Shown here: piece after piece, positions 1-13,249 of the stretch | How positions within the stretch are numbered: position 1 is the first letter of the stretch | How the letters are laid out: every line of letters starts with the position of its first letter | Source of the DNA: Utricularia gibba | Taxonomy: Eukaryota; Plantae; Magnoliophyta | NCBI GenBank assembly: GCA_002189035.1 | Contig: CM007990.1 | Coordinates: 3,658,001-3,722,000 of the forward strand | Reading direction: 5' to 3' | DNA length: 64,000 bases | Translations under genes and position numbers: made by a program | The notes under the pieces: model-generated | Database searches by the model: none | What the model saw: the letters and a program-made list of their open reading frames with translations, nothing else | What the model was told of the DNA's origin: nothing

Positions 1-700
1 AACAGATTTTTGAAATATAATAGGACAGAATCTTGACATTTTGATTTCAATGGATCAAGCTTATCAAGTTAGAGAGATTGCACAAAATATCATATGACAT
101 GATGTGGAACAATATGCATTGCTTTCAAGGTATATAAAGAATCGAAAAGGCAAAATGAGGTGACCTGTGTGTTACTTATTAATCATTTTGGCAAGGTTTA
201 TGACACTGGAGATGTTGGCACAATTGTAGAATCATTTCCCAATGAACAATTACTTTCAAGTAAGATTATAAACTGGGAATGAGGTTTTACTCTTATTGTT
301 AATTTTATTTTAGGAGAAATTGTAAAAGTTAGAAATGTATGCCATGAAAGGAGCATGTTTTTGAATGATAACGAATGTCATATTTGGGATGATTCATATT
401 GGTGAAGGAGATGGAGTTTAGTAAATTAGTTACTATATTGCAGTACTCCATGTGTTTCATTTCCTTTAATGTTATACGAATTAGCAGAAGCTCTACGATA
501 CTTCTAACATTTATGAGTCACATGATCAATACTGCTTACTAATGCAAGAAGATTGCAGTGGAATTGTATCTATTTTGGTGAATGTTTTGGCATGAGGTGT
601 TGTATCATGAAGCATGAAGATATTGATGTTTTTCTACTTGTCAAAACTAAAAGAATCAATAACCTTATGGAGTGTTTGATGTGCGCTCTATGTTAGATTG
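1..700 (+). pseudogene. Degenerate Mutator (MuDR/MULE) transposase fragment
   Basis: Broken frames read ..DILISMDQAYQVREIAQNII*HDVEQYALLSRYI.. and ..IVESFPNEQ.., resembling MULE transposase segments (I-S-Y-x-Q-A-Y-R-A, E-Q-Y-A-L-L-P-x-Y, F-P-N-A-E-H). Many stops; runs off the window start. Confidence 0.5.
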
Positions 701-1144
701 ACTGCCAAAACATAATGATTTAGGTTTATTGAATTGTTTGCCAAAACATAACAAATTTTGTCACTTGGGATGACATTCATACCTAATTTTTTTTTCAAAT
801 TTCGGTTTTACTTAGCTAAGTTCTATGTTTACTAGTTCTTTTGTTGATTCATGCCAAGACTACAAATGTAGCTCGAGCGTTGCACAGAAGGAGACAAGAG
901 CAAACACCACAACAACTGTCTGAACACTAGACATATCAACCCCTATCTAGACATCAAACAGAGCTAGTCTTTCACAAACTAGGGGGATGTTGCACTCATC
1001 CCAAATGTAGGACACTGAGAGAGATTAAACTTTTGGAGATTATGTATTTTGGCTCTTTAGAGAGGGATACGATGCAGAAGAAGGAATCCAATGCTGAAAT
1101 ATCTAGTTGAGCATAATGCATTTTGACAAGATACACTTGAATTA

Positions 1145-1357
1145 TGTATTGTTCATCATTGTTGTGCCTTGTTTGAGCAGAAGAAGGTATCATGACTTTG
1201 GGATATATATTGTTCATCATTGTTGTGACTTGTTTGAGCATAAGAAGATATCATGACTTTGGGATATATATTGCTCATCATTGTTGTGCCTTGTTTGAGC
1301 ATAAGAAGGTGTCATGACTTTGGGATATATATTGCTCATCATTGTTGTGCCTTATTT
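1145..1357. repeat. Tandem repeat, 61-bp unit, ~3.5 copies
   Basis: Unit tattg(t/c)tcatcattgttgtgccttgtttgagcataagaaggt(a/g)tcatgactttgggatata recurs with period 61. It explains the spurious ORF 996..1241. Confidence 0.9.
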
Positions 1358-3007
1358 GACACTATGTAAGGATTAAAAGCCACAAGTTTGATAATAAACA
1401 CTATAAAGAACGGGACTAGATGTGATAAAAACCATGATAATAGGAATATAAGAGAAATAATAATTTGTATCTCAATATGCTAAAATCAAGCTATGCCATG
1501 CCACCCATCAAAAATTAAGTTACCTGAAGATTTTGGCAGTGGAAAGTCCATTTAAATCTCATTTTATATTAAATAATATATGCCACTAATCATAGGCTAG
1601 ATAATTAATATCATGTGGTATGATATTTGGAATATATTGTTATATAAATCTTGAGTCATAGTCTAAAAAATAATATTATAATTTACTAAAAACGTTAGTT
1701 AGTTGTTCCTTAAACTTATTTTTTTGTCAATTAATGGATTGTTCGTCTTCAATATTTCAAAACAATTCTATTTTGGTAATATTTCATAAAATATTATCTA
1801 TTTTTAACTTTTCATAAAAAAATATTTAAATTATCGATATATGAATGTAATTATAAAAGTGTTTGGATTACGAATCATTATTTGAATAGCATATTGTGTG
1901 AAACACGTATAACTTTTTTAAAAAAATCTTATTAAACCATTATCCTAAACGAGTCATTATGCTAAAGGAGTAATTATTTAAAGTCCACGTTTCCATTAAA
2001 TGATCTTATTGTGGGCATCAGCATCCATCAGACTGCCCATGAATTCCTTGGGCCTGAATCATTTGATAGAGGGAAAATTAGTAATCTACCTATGTCAGAT
2101 ATATTTTCTTGGTAAAATACTTGAGTTTGGTATCATGTTTGTCATTTATCTATATATTTATAACTTTATAAAATACCTAAAGTTCAAAAATATAATTATT
2201 AATTGAATGATAATGATATGCTTATATACTTAATAAATATTATTTAAAACAATGGTGTAGGAGAGATGATGATAACAATTGATTATAAATCAAAAAATTT
2301 TAAATTTTGATAAAATAAATATAACTTTTAACTATATTATTAAAATATAAAATTCAATAAAGAATGAGTGTAGGAGATGATAAATCTTTTGAAACCAGTA
2401 GTTTACAATAAATATTTAATTTCCATTGAAAATATATTGGTCATGTAAATTTAAAGTATATTTAATTGAAGAATATATTTTAAATTTATATTTGGATAGT
2501 TTTCTTTGTTTTTTTCTTTTTAACTGCAAATTACGCAGAGTACATAGGACATGAATCTTTGATTATAGACTTCAATGATATCAAATATATTATTTAAATT
2601 ATTAATTCTTAATTGGATGATAATGATATCATTACATATTAAATAAATATTATTTAAATAAATTATACAAGAGCTCTAAAAGTGTTGAAATATTAAAATT
2701 TTGGAATATTTTACAAAATAAATGAATGTAAATCATTTGTTAATCAGAAATAAATTTAATATTTTTCAAATATATTTGTAATATATATTTAAATGTATCA
2801 ATTTCATATAAAGCAAATTTTAGTTTTTTGGAATGAATAAAATAAATATTTATATTATAGTATACAATATTTAAAATAAAAAGTAACATATATACATATT
2901 GTAAATTCAATTATTTAATTTATTTTTTAAAATTGAGATATTTTGACAATATGCATATACTGTTAAGGTACATTTCAAAAACTTTTGCAACTTCGAAGTA
3001 TTTTGCC

Positions 3008-3870
3008 GAGTCAATTGGGGAACTAGCCCTCTGCAAAAAAAAAAGTTTGCTGAATGTCCCTATCTAGAAATTCTTGGCTATTTAACCCTATTTTTTTGTA
3101 GTTATTAGCTAAATAGCTCAACTTTTAGTATAAATAAAAATAATTAATTATTGATTACGAAACATAATAATAGAAAATCAAATATACATTTTATATATAT
3201 TTATTTATTCATTAAATTTTATATAATTAATATATAGCTAAAAACATAAATTTAAAAATATAACATAATTAATTATTTAATAATATATACCTATAAATAT
3301 AATTATGTATTATGTAGTATAGTTCATTATTTATAAAATCTTCATTATGTTTATATATTTTATTAAATAATAAATTAATTGCTCTTATATTATTTATATA
3401 TGTTATATATTTCTTTAAATAATACATTAATTACAATTATACTACATTTACAAATATATTCATAACATTGATATATTTATGTAAAAAATTAATCAATTAC
3501 ACCTATATTATTTGTACATATTTATATTTATTTAAATAATGAATTAATTACATATATTAATATCTCCCTAAATAATTAATTATGTTATATTTTTAAAATT
3601 ATATAATTAAATATATATATATATATATATATATATTTTTAGCTATATATTAGTTATATAAAATTTAATGAATAAATAAATATATATAAAATGTATATTT
3701 GATTTTCTATTATTATTTTTCGTAATCAATAATTAATTATTTTTATTTATACTAAAAGTTGGGCTATTTAACTAATATCTACTAAAAATAGGGTTAAATA
3801 GCCAAGAATTTCCAAATAGGGCCATTCAGCAAACCTTTTTTTTGCAGAGGTCTAGTTCCCCAATTAACTC
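3008..3870. mobile_element. Non-autonomous Mutator-like foldback element (863 bp) with long TIRs and 10-bp TSD
   Basis: Starts GAGTCAATTGGGGAACTAG and ends CTAGTTCCCCAATTAACTC. Inverted similarity continues for roughly 280 bp. GTATTTTGCC lies on both sides (2998-3007, 3871-3880). AT-rich non-coding interior with a (TA)n run. Confidence 0.9.
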
Positions 3871-5950
3871 GTATTTTGCCAATCCAATAACTCTGACACA
3901 CGTACAATACCAATTTAGCCCTTTGGTAGGCCTGGGTCTGTGGCAGTTCATTAGCCCTCCCCCTATCCTCTTAGACAGACGAGATGCCAGATGTGTGTGA
4001 TGTGATGATTGCATGTATACTTTTTAATTCTTTGACTTGATATCATAATGAATACAAAAATTACTATTCATGTAAATGATTAATACAAAAATAGTACTTG
4101 ATTGTTTCTCATTATGCTGAAATTATTATTTATTATCGAATTTTAATTTGTATCCACAATTTCACATCTTTCCACCACGCCAAACGCCCGTGGGTCGTAG
4201 CACAAGGAGTGCTTGGATACCGACCATGAGCATCCTTAACACCAACCAGTGATGAGGGTCGGGTCGGGTCGGGATAGGAACCACTTTACAGTCCCAAGCT
4301 GCCCCCAGCGGGTAAGGATGAACACTTGATCCATCATTAAAAAATCATTTAATTTATTTTAATCAATCAACATAAATTTTAAGAAGTTTATGCCACAAGT
4401 TATCATATCCAGGATTATATAATAAAGGATAAAGATGTATTTTGAATGTTCGACCTATGTAGTTGGAGTCTTTCAATTATATCAATTTATGTTATCCATT
4501 TACACACTAAATGAGTTTGATAAATAAAATAGTGTTTTTATAAATATTTATAGTTTATGTTGATTGATTATAGTAAATTCAATAATTAATTAATATGAAA
4601 TAAATTTTTAAAATAATAGGATATTCGTAACTACGTTTTTTTTTTTTTCAAATTTTCAAATTGATATATTTAAATTGAATTAAATATAATATATAAATAT
4701 ATGTGTAATTAAAAAAGGAACTTTAAGAAAATATATTGTAAAACTCGAGACAAAGAGAGATGGTGGAGAGAGAAAAGACAAGAGATAATGAAAAAGAAAA
4801 GATGCACCGGTGCGTATACAATTCAAAATAACCCTTCCATCACTCACTCCTCACATGTGTTGGTGCGGCAGAGTTTATCCCACGTCCAAGGAAGGGCGCG
4901 TACCACGCCATCATTCAAAAAGTTAGCCTACATATGTGCAACAAACTCCAAGGGGGAGACATTATTCAGCCACTCCCACTTACGCCATCTTTCTGAGTAT
5001 TATTCTTCATTGTTTAAAGCCAACAAGGATCACATGCATTCCTCATGATCATGGGAGAAACTTTAGACGCTTGATTCTGATGGATTTCTATTCTCTCCTG
5101 TAAGCAGTGAGCAGGAAGCAGCACCTCAATTAATAATGTTTTGATTATTCCTGGGATGAATTCCATCATGCCTTTCCCAACCACAGTAGATACAATTGCA
5201 AATATTGATAACATAACCATGTAAATTTTTTTAATGAATTTCTGTACCTACGTTATAATTATTTGCGTTTCGAATGCGGTGAAATAAAGAAACGTAAAGT
5301 GAGAAAGCGTGAGATTTCTCCCATCCCATGTTTGGATCAAATAAAGGCCAGTGGGTTGTTTTGGGTGGTCGTCTCACCTGGTACATGTCGTGTCATGGCC
5401 TGCTTTGCTTTGCTTTGCATAATGGGTTGTCGAATAAGAAACAATGGTAATATAATAGTATATTTGATTCCCACGTTTACCTCATTCCGGATCACGTTCT
5501 AAAAAAACAATATATTTTATGCTGCCTCTTCAAGACCACGCCCCACTTTCTTAACAATTCAACATAATGGGTGGTGACGTTTTCCGATTTTGGTTGTTAT
5601 TTAAAAATATACCCCTCCACAACACACAATTTAGAAATACACCCGCGACAGAAAAAAAAATTATTTCATAGCCAGTAAATTTTTTTAACAATTATAGTTA
5701 TTTTGACTTGATTTCTACAAATATTGACTTACATGAGCTACGTTTAACATATTTAAAACCAAATACATGATTGAAAATAATATAATTTTATTTTTGTAGT
5801 ATTTTAAAACTATGTCATAATTTAAGTACAAGTAAAAAGCAATATAAATACCTCTGTCTAATAGAGAATATAAAATTAACAAAATAATAGTACACGAGAC
5901 AGGCACCTTTCTAGCAACGAGGTTCTATTTCTAAATTAGGTGGTTGTGCC

Positions 5951-6851
5951 GTGGTCCATTTACAAATAACCCTGAATTCTGGGGCCCACTGTGGGAAATC
6001 TTCCGAGAGATGCGATCCATCCACCCCGTGGGTCGTGGTTGGTTGGTTGGTTGGTTGACTGGTGTAAGTAACACACAATGGGGCGATTTTTCAACAACAG
6101 GGGTGGGACCCATCATCCCATTGCAGCACCGGTTGTTTCGTGTACTACTCTTGTGTTTTTATTTTATTTTACTTTTTTTGTGCGCATATTAGTAAATAAA
6201 TACACCCTGGCTGCTGCCACGTAGGCCGAACCTTCTCACATTCACACTCAGACATACGTACACACACATGCTATATAAAAAGAAAAAGTTGTATTATTCA
6301 CGTAATTAAATATTGGCATGTTGCGCCGTACAACTAAGACGTGAAAGACCGTTGCTACCTTGTTGTGGATGACATGCTACCAGATTGAAGACAGGCGGCC
6401 CGGCTGGAATGTCCACGTGTCCCCTCCTGTCCGCTTCCGTCCCTAACGTTTGACGTTACTATTCCCCATGTGAACATATTATTTTGGGCATGTGCGGAAA
6501 TACCCGTCATCGGGTGCTCCCTTTCTTTTACTGATTTGATGTGAGAAAGAAGGCTTCCCTTTCTCCTCCTGTCGTTCACACACAGGCTACTTGTGTGGTG
6601 GGTACATACGTACTCCTTCGGACACATCTGCTACGGCGTTAGGAATTCTACTTTAGATATTTTGAAACTGGAATATGGTTTTAATCTTAAAATTAAAAAT
6701 AGGAACACAGTGTGGGCCCTATCCTGTTTTTTCAAGTACTTACTCGTGTTCCTGTTTGCTTGCTCATCAGTGAACTTGGCCCTTGTCCTATTTATACATC
6801 CCACGTTCTGCCAACTCTGCTCAGACAACTGATTCCATAAAAAAGGACCAC
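5951..6851 (+). promoter_or_regulatory. UGT upstream region with TCP-type motifs and a G-box
   Basis: GTGGTCC 5951, GGGCCCAC 5982-5989, GTGGGACCC 6103-6111, CACGTG 6414-6419, GTGGGCCC 6712-6719, GGACCAC 6845-6851. Motif matches only; function untested. Confidence 0.35.
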
Positions 6852-6853
6852 AA

Positions 6854-8322
6854 ATGGGTTCCTTGGGCTACTACACCTATCCAGATGAAGTCGCGGTGCT
6901 GATGGCACCCTTTCCGCTTCACGGCCACCTCAACCAGCTCCTCCACCTCTCCCGTTTACTCGCCCTCAACGGCCTCACCGTTCACTTTGCCGCCCCGGCG
7001 TCCCACAACCGCCGCGCGCGCCGCAGGATCCATGGATGGGATCCCCTCTCCGTTTCCAACATCGTGTTTCACGATCTACCCCAACTGACGCTTCCCGAAA
7101 ACAGGGGCCTCCTAAACAGAGACGACTTCCCGCCGCAGCTTCATCATCTACTGAGAGCTTGTTCGTCTCTACGGCCGGCGTTTGCTCAGCTTCTGCAAGA
7201 TCTGTGTGGGGACAATCGGCGAGTTGTCATTATCAATGATTCTCTCATGGGATCCGTGGTTCAAGATTTTGTCGAGTTTGAAAATGCCGAAGCTTACACG
7301 TTTCACAGTGTTTCAGCTTTCACCATGTTCTTCTTTCTGTGGGAGAAGTCCGGCAGGCCTTTCGCCATCGACGAAGAAATTCTGGAAAATCTACCTTCCC
7401 TTGAAGGCTGCTTCACGCCGGAGTTCATTCAACTCATCAGGAATCAATACAAGTTCATTGATTTCAGTTCAGGGCGGATCTACAATACAGGGAGAATGAT
7501 TGAGCACAAATTCATCGATCTGCTGAAGAAGCCGGAGATCATCGGCAATCAGAAACAATGGGCTCTTGGGCCGTTCAATCCGGTGACCATCATCACTAAT
7601 TCCGATGAATCCTCGCGCCACAAATGCCTGAAGTGGTTAGACAAACAGGGAAAGCACTCTGTAATTCTCGTCTCCTTCGGGACCACAACATCACTTTCGA
7701 TCGATCAAGTAATGGAGCTCGCAATTGGGTTAGAAGGAAGTGGGACGAAGTTCGTGTGGGTACTCAGGGACGCCGACGGCGGCGGCTATTCTTCCGATGA
7801 AGGTAAAAAACTGATTTTTTTTTCACTTTTTCAAACCACGGTACGAAATTTAGCAACTGAATCCATGAAACAGGGACAGTTAAGTTACCAGTGGGGTACG
7901 AAGAAAGGAACAGAGACATGGGGATGATCGTAAGGGATTGGGCGCCCCAGTTGGAGATTCTAGGTCACCGTTCGATCGGAGGATTCATGAGTCACTGTGG
8001 CTGGAATTCTTGCATGGAGAGTATCTCCACTGGAGTCCCGATCGTGGCCTGGCCAATGCACTCCGACCAACCGAGAAACGCGGCGTTGATGGCCAGTGTG
8101 TTAAAAATCGGAGTAGTCGTCAGGGACTGGAAGTCGAGGAAGGAGGAGATTGTGAAGTCCTCGGAGATTTCAACGGCGGTGAGACGACTGATGATGGAGG
8201 TGGAAGGTGAAGAGATGAGGCAGAGGGCGGCGACGCTCCGGCGCACTGCCGTGGAGGCGGTGGCGGAGGGTGGAACATCGCAGGGGGAACTAGATTCATT
8301 CATTACGCATATTTTAAGGTAG
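6854..8322 (+). CDS. UGT93: UDP-glycosyltransferase, group O (UGT93 / zeatin O-glucosyltransferase-like), join(6854..7802,7874..8322), 465 aa
   Basis: N-terminal PFPLHGHLNQLLHLSRL and HGWDP motifs; PSPG box WAPQLEILGHRSIGGFMSHCGWNSCMESISTGVPIVAWPMHSDQ with the group-O-type HSDQ end. The two ORF-track frames are joined by a phase-1 GT-AG intron 7803-7873 (alternative in-frame AG at 7878-7879). Confidence 0.9.
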
Positions 8323-11300
8323 ATTTGGATAGGAAATCGGTTATCCATATTTGGCAAGGCCCCTCCCTCGCCCATAAACAAACTCAAATTATTCTTACGG
8401 CATCTATGAATTCAATGATCAACCATTAGAATTTGGATCGTCGTATAGACTGCTCTTTCTACCACACTAAAAAATGATCTTTATTTGTTTGCTCTTGTTT
8501 CCCAAAATCATATTTATAAAATTGTTTTTTAATAAAATATTAATTTGATTTATATAATTTCTAAAAATAAAAAATATGTATATTTTTTCTTTTCCAAAAA
8601 GCGGTCTCCCGCATTTGATGATAAAAATGATTATGGAAAAACAGATTCGAGAGAGATGCTCAACCCTAGTTAATTCAATTTCTAATATTGTAAATTTCGA
8701 ATTTCACATTTTTTTTTCGATTTTCTCCAAATAAAATATTTTAAATTTGATCATTTACTCAAAATTTATTTGAAATTTCATTTTTTTTTTGTATAAAATC
8801 CGGAATCAAACATTAAATAAGACATTTTTTCTTGGATTTTAAATCCTGTTTAAGAAACCACAATATTGAATCTGTGAAATTGAGAGGGAAAGAAATGGCG
8901 AGATTAAGGCAATTAAATCCTGTTTAGGGTTCACCACAATATTTTAACCACAATATTAAATCCTGTTTAGGGTTCACCAAGCCGTCGCATATTCTTTGTG
9001 CATTCCCAATTTTTGTTATGCCTGGGAGGAGTTATGCCAGGATTGGCTCCAGCGCGGGATACAAAGCATGTATCGAAGATTTTGATTTGCTTGTATGCGT
9101 GGAATCGGAGCTCAACTACGAACTCTCGTCTATGTGCTTAGATGAGTGTGATGCTTGGAGCCCCCCTTTTTTGACTGTGGAATTGAAGGTGTGTTGGATA
9201 TCATTGAGTGGGTATTTGATTTCAGTGAAGTATTTTCCTGCGCAATTGCGTTTCGAGTCAGACTTCTATACGTTCATGTGCTCTGGGTTCTTTTTAAAAT
9301 GATTCTTGGTTTGAAAACGCTGGAAGATAGTAAGAGAATAGACGTTAATGGGTTAGGCATGAATTCTCGATTAGCCTTCTTTGGTTCAAACTTGGCACCA
9401 TAGTCAAGTGATTTGATAGTAAGTTCTGAGGCAGAAAAATTCCTGAATTATCTCACGTGTTTATATCGGTTCCCACTTTATTCTCTAATCAGCTACTCTA
9501 TGTAAAAGCTTATATGGATTAATATGGCGTTTAAGTTTTTATGTATGCAAACCTTTTCCTAGAACACCATAATCTGACTGCTTACCCCGGCCCCATGTCT
9601 CAAATACAGTATTTGGTGTGATAGAATCTGGTAGTGCCACATGCAAAATCCATTCAAAATGGCATTAATTGGATAACTTGGAGGTTTTATTTCCCTTTAA
9701 TGAAGCAGGATGATATGACTGGTACTCTTGGTGATTCTATGTAGAGTGAAACACTGCAAGGTCTGAAGGTGTAATTTGGAGGGAAGTTGCTATCTGAGCT
9801 TTAATAGGCCATGATTTTCAAGGATGCAGTACCCTTCCTTGAAATGCCATAATTAAATATATGCACTAAGGGGCCTTATTTGAGCTGTATCATACTTTTT
9901 GATTGTATAGCCTCCAACAGAGCATTCTGTGAGTTTGTATCTGATATTCAGAAGGTGCATTGCTCGCCTGCCTTAATCATCGTTCCTCACATATTCGATC
10001 TACACTGGCTTTGTCTTCAGGTAATGCATCTTTAATTTCACAATCTTCCCTTATGTAGCTATAATTATCAAGAAAATCTGTTCTCTTTGTGACTGTTTCG
10101 GAAATGTTATTTCCTGTTTATCTTCTCCTATCTTCCAGCACGTTTGTATGAGATTTGAAAACTTGTTCTTCATTTTGTTGTTAGGAGATGTGCTTATCAG
10201 TGAAGGCATTCCTGCATTGACTTACTTGAAAATTGATAGGATTCAGAGCTTGAGCCTCCTGCCTGTAATTTTTGTTATAATTGAGAAGTGTTTGGTTGAT
10301 GGGATTAATAACGATGACATAGAGGGATTAATTTTAAAAATAGTGTTTAGTTAGTAAAATATGGAAAGTTTGTGGCTTTACATAAACTCATATATATTAG
10401 AATAAAAAAAATCATGAAATTTTAAGTTTATTTAAACGCATAAATTAAATGTTTTATAATTTATAATCTTATTTTTAAATCTAAACAATCTTATCAATCA
10501 ATTATAATAGTGGCAGATCACTTGGGATGTAACCTTAGGCAAGTCGCTCCTATGGTGAACTGATAAAGAGTATTTGAGTGAATGGATGCCTAACTTCACA
10601 TGGGAATATAAAACCTTGAGGACTTAGCAGATGATATCCCCGAGTGGAAGTGAGTTTTGACAAGGAATTCCCCCTGAAACCGCAACCTTTGTTTCCTTTT
10701 GATGTTATCAGGGTTTCGGATCATCAACTTTGTTGTTGGCTTTTTCATGTCTGAGTTGGACCCGTCCGTCTTTGCAAGATGACCTGAGGCGGTGTCCAGC
10801 TGCTCGATGAATCCTAGAGAACTTCACACTCCCTGCATCTGCATTACAAGGAGCAAGATCAATGCGCATGGACTGGCTTCAAAAACTTAAGGTCATGATG
10901 GTTGGCGAGAGCATAATGTGATGTTGATGCTGTAGAGAAAAAAAAAAGAGCATGGGAGCATTTGTAATAACCATGTGCAGTAGCTAAAATCGCCTTCAAG
11001 TCTCCAGATGTCTATTCACTTAGGCGTATTTTTCAAGGGTGAAATCTTTGTAACAATGAAAACTATTTAAGAAAACTTCCAGAATACTATTTCAAGTGTC
11101 AAGCTTGTTGCTTACCTCAAAACTAAGTTTATGCAATGGAGGGTGCAATTGATCAATACTCATACCTCTCCAAAAATATATCTCAAGTTTCAAATCACGG
11201 GTATCATTGTTTTTTAGGTTAGATAATCATACATATACCATTATATTCAACCCAAATAACTTATTTTTTTATTAAATATTTACTATTTGATGATAATTGT

Positions 11301-12457
11301 CGATGCTGGTTAAAAGTTCAGTTGATGCTTTAATTTGTTTCTGAAAACTGATGAAACATGATAGGCGAAAGTGTGAATGATTTTATTCATTAATTGAAAT
11401 GATTCAGTAGAGTTTCTGGGAGGATACCGCATCAATTCTTGAAAATTTTATTGACAGAAATTTTGTTGTGATAAATTGAGAAGGTATCTTAATGCGACAT
11501 GATGGTTTTGTAGTTTTGTATCCTCCTAAAAAATATAAGGGTTAATTTTCTGTGGAGATTAAGCTTGAATTATGATAGGAATTTGATTCTGATCTAATTA
11601 AGTTATGGACATGATATGATGCAAATGTTATATATATCATTATACGAATTTTGATACCGATTTCGTTTGTTATGTTGTTACACAAAAATTTTGTGAAGCT
11701 ACAATTCACCTTATATATATTGATTATTGCAATAGCGTTCAAATTGGAAAGGGTACTTTGCAACATAATAATCACATTGAAGATGTTAATGACGCCTAGG
11801 ATAATTAAAAATATTATCTAGATAAAATATCCTAAAAGAATAGTGCTAAGACTAACGATCTATACGTGATTCAAGTTAAAAGAATTGAAATAAATAGTTA
11901 CACTGATAATGAAAGCTATTATATTTTCAATAATTCAATTTGTACTGTCAAATTTTTTTTAAAAATATTGAACTATATTATAAATATTCAGATGGGAAGA
12001 TGAGCAAAAATATCCTAACTATAATTCTATACATGAGTTCAAGCATGTAACATTGCAAAAAGTCTCGTTGTGTTGTTGATATAAAATAAGTGAAGAAAGT
12101 AGTGAGAAAAATTAGATTAGTATAAAAGATATAAATTTAATAGAAAATAGCAAAAAGTTGAAATATAAAATAGGTAAAAACAATAAACAAGGTTAATACA
12201 AAAATATATTTTGAAATGAAATAAAACTGATTATCAATTATATATTTAATTTGAATAAAATACATATTTTAAAAATAAAATATAAATATATATGTAAGTA
12301 AAAAAAGAAATTTGAAAGGAAGAGATAGAATAAACAAGAGAGATATAATACCATCTTTACCCATTTCTGGAAATGCTGATGTGGCATTTCCTTGCATAAA
12401 CTGTCTTAATAACAGATTAAAGCGGAGAAGACGCAAAGTTTGGCTCCATCGCCTCCG

Positions 12458-13186
12458 TAGATGTACTTATCTATTTTAGTTTCCAAAATAGATAAAGAAT
12501 TACTGAAATAGATGTAGTTTTTTTTTCTGGTTTTATAAATAAATGATGTTATTAAAATATTAAATTGTAATTATTTAATTATTTATTTTCTATGAATTTA
12601 AATGACAATAAATAATCTTATGAATTGATTATAACTGAATAATGCTTTAATATTTAATTAATTTAATAAAATTAAAGTTTTTTTTAACATTTAAAATATA
12701 TAAAATGATATGTTAACTTAGATATTTTTAAAATGATTTTATAATATAAAACAAGTGGTTGATATTAATATAATAAAGTTATGGTTAATAATGATATATA
12801 TAAATTGAAATGTTTTGTGTGAGTTTTAATGAAATCTTGAAGTTATTTATAGATAAAGTTTGAAGATATTTTTACTATAAAATTCAATTCAACCATTCAT
12901 TCTTCAATTACTTGTATTTAATCTGCCTTGGAGAAATCAGTAAGTTGCGATTCATGATATAAGCAGGAGAGAGCAATCTCATCCTTTTTGATTGGATCAT
13001 GAGACGCACCAGCGACTTTCCGGAGTTATTTAATTAATAATATTTAACAATAATTAGATACATTGTTTTTATAAAATTTCAAAACTCATTTATTAAAAAA
13101 ATAAATCAAAACTCAAACATCATCTATTTTACAAACCCTTTCTAAACATCATCTATTTTGGGAAACAAAAAATGAAAGTACATCTA
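12458..13186. mobile_element. MITE-like element with degenerate terminal inverted repeats
   Basis: TAGATGTACTT..(tttccaaaatagat) at 12458 is mirrored by (atctattttgggaaa)..AAGTACATCTA ending at 13186. AT-rich interior; no TSD found. Confidence 0.4.
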
Positions 13187-13249
13187 AATAGGGAATTTGG
13201 TAGAGAAGACGCACGCAAAAAATCGTCGCAATTCAGAGTGAAGGACGGC

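Noticed and set aside
1145-1357. Regularly spaced repeats considered as CRISPR-like (also 32155-32380 and 34426-34619)
   Set aside because: Head-to-tail tandem units without unique spacers, in a plant nuclear context.
4249-4335. Possible C/D-box snoRNA (AGTGATGA at ~4249) in a GC-rich patch with (GGGTC)n
   Set aside because: No properly placed CTGA D box or terminal stem, and no recognisable rRNA guide.
7803-7873. Reading the UGT as a frameshifted pseudogene or two genes
   Set aside because: GT-AG borders, a T-rich interior and exact phase restoration to a 465-aa full-length UGT favour an intron. Not fully excluded without transcripts.
7036-8387. Overlapping alternative-frame and antisense ORFs in the UGT
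   Set aside because: Same cause; all coding signal is explained by the UGT frames.
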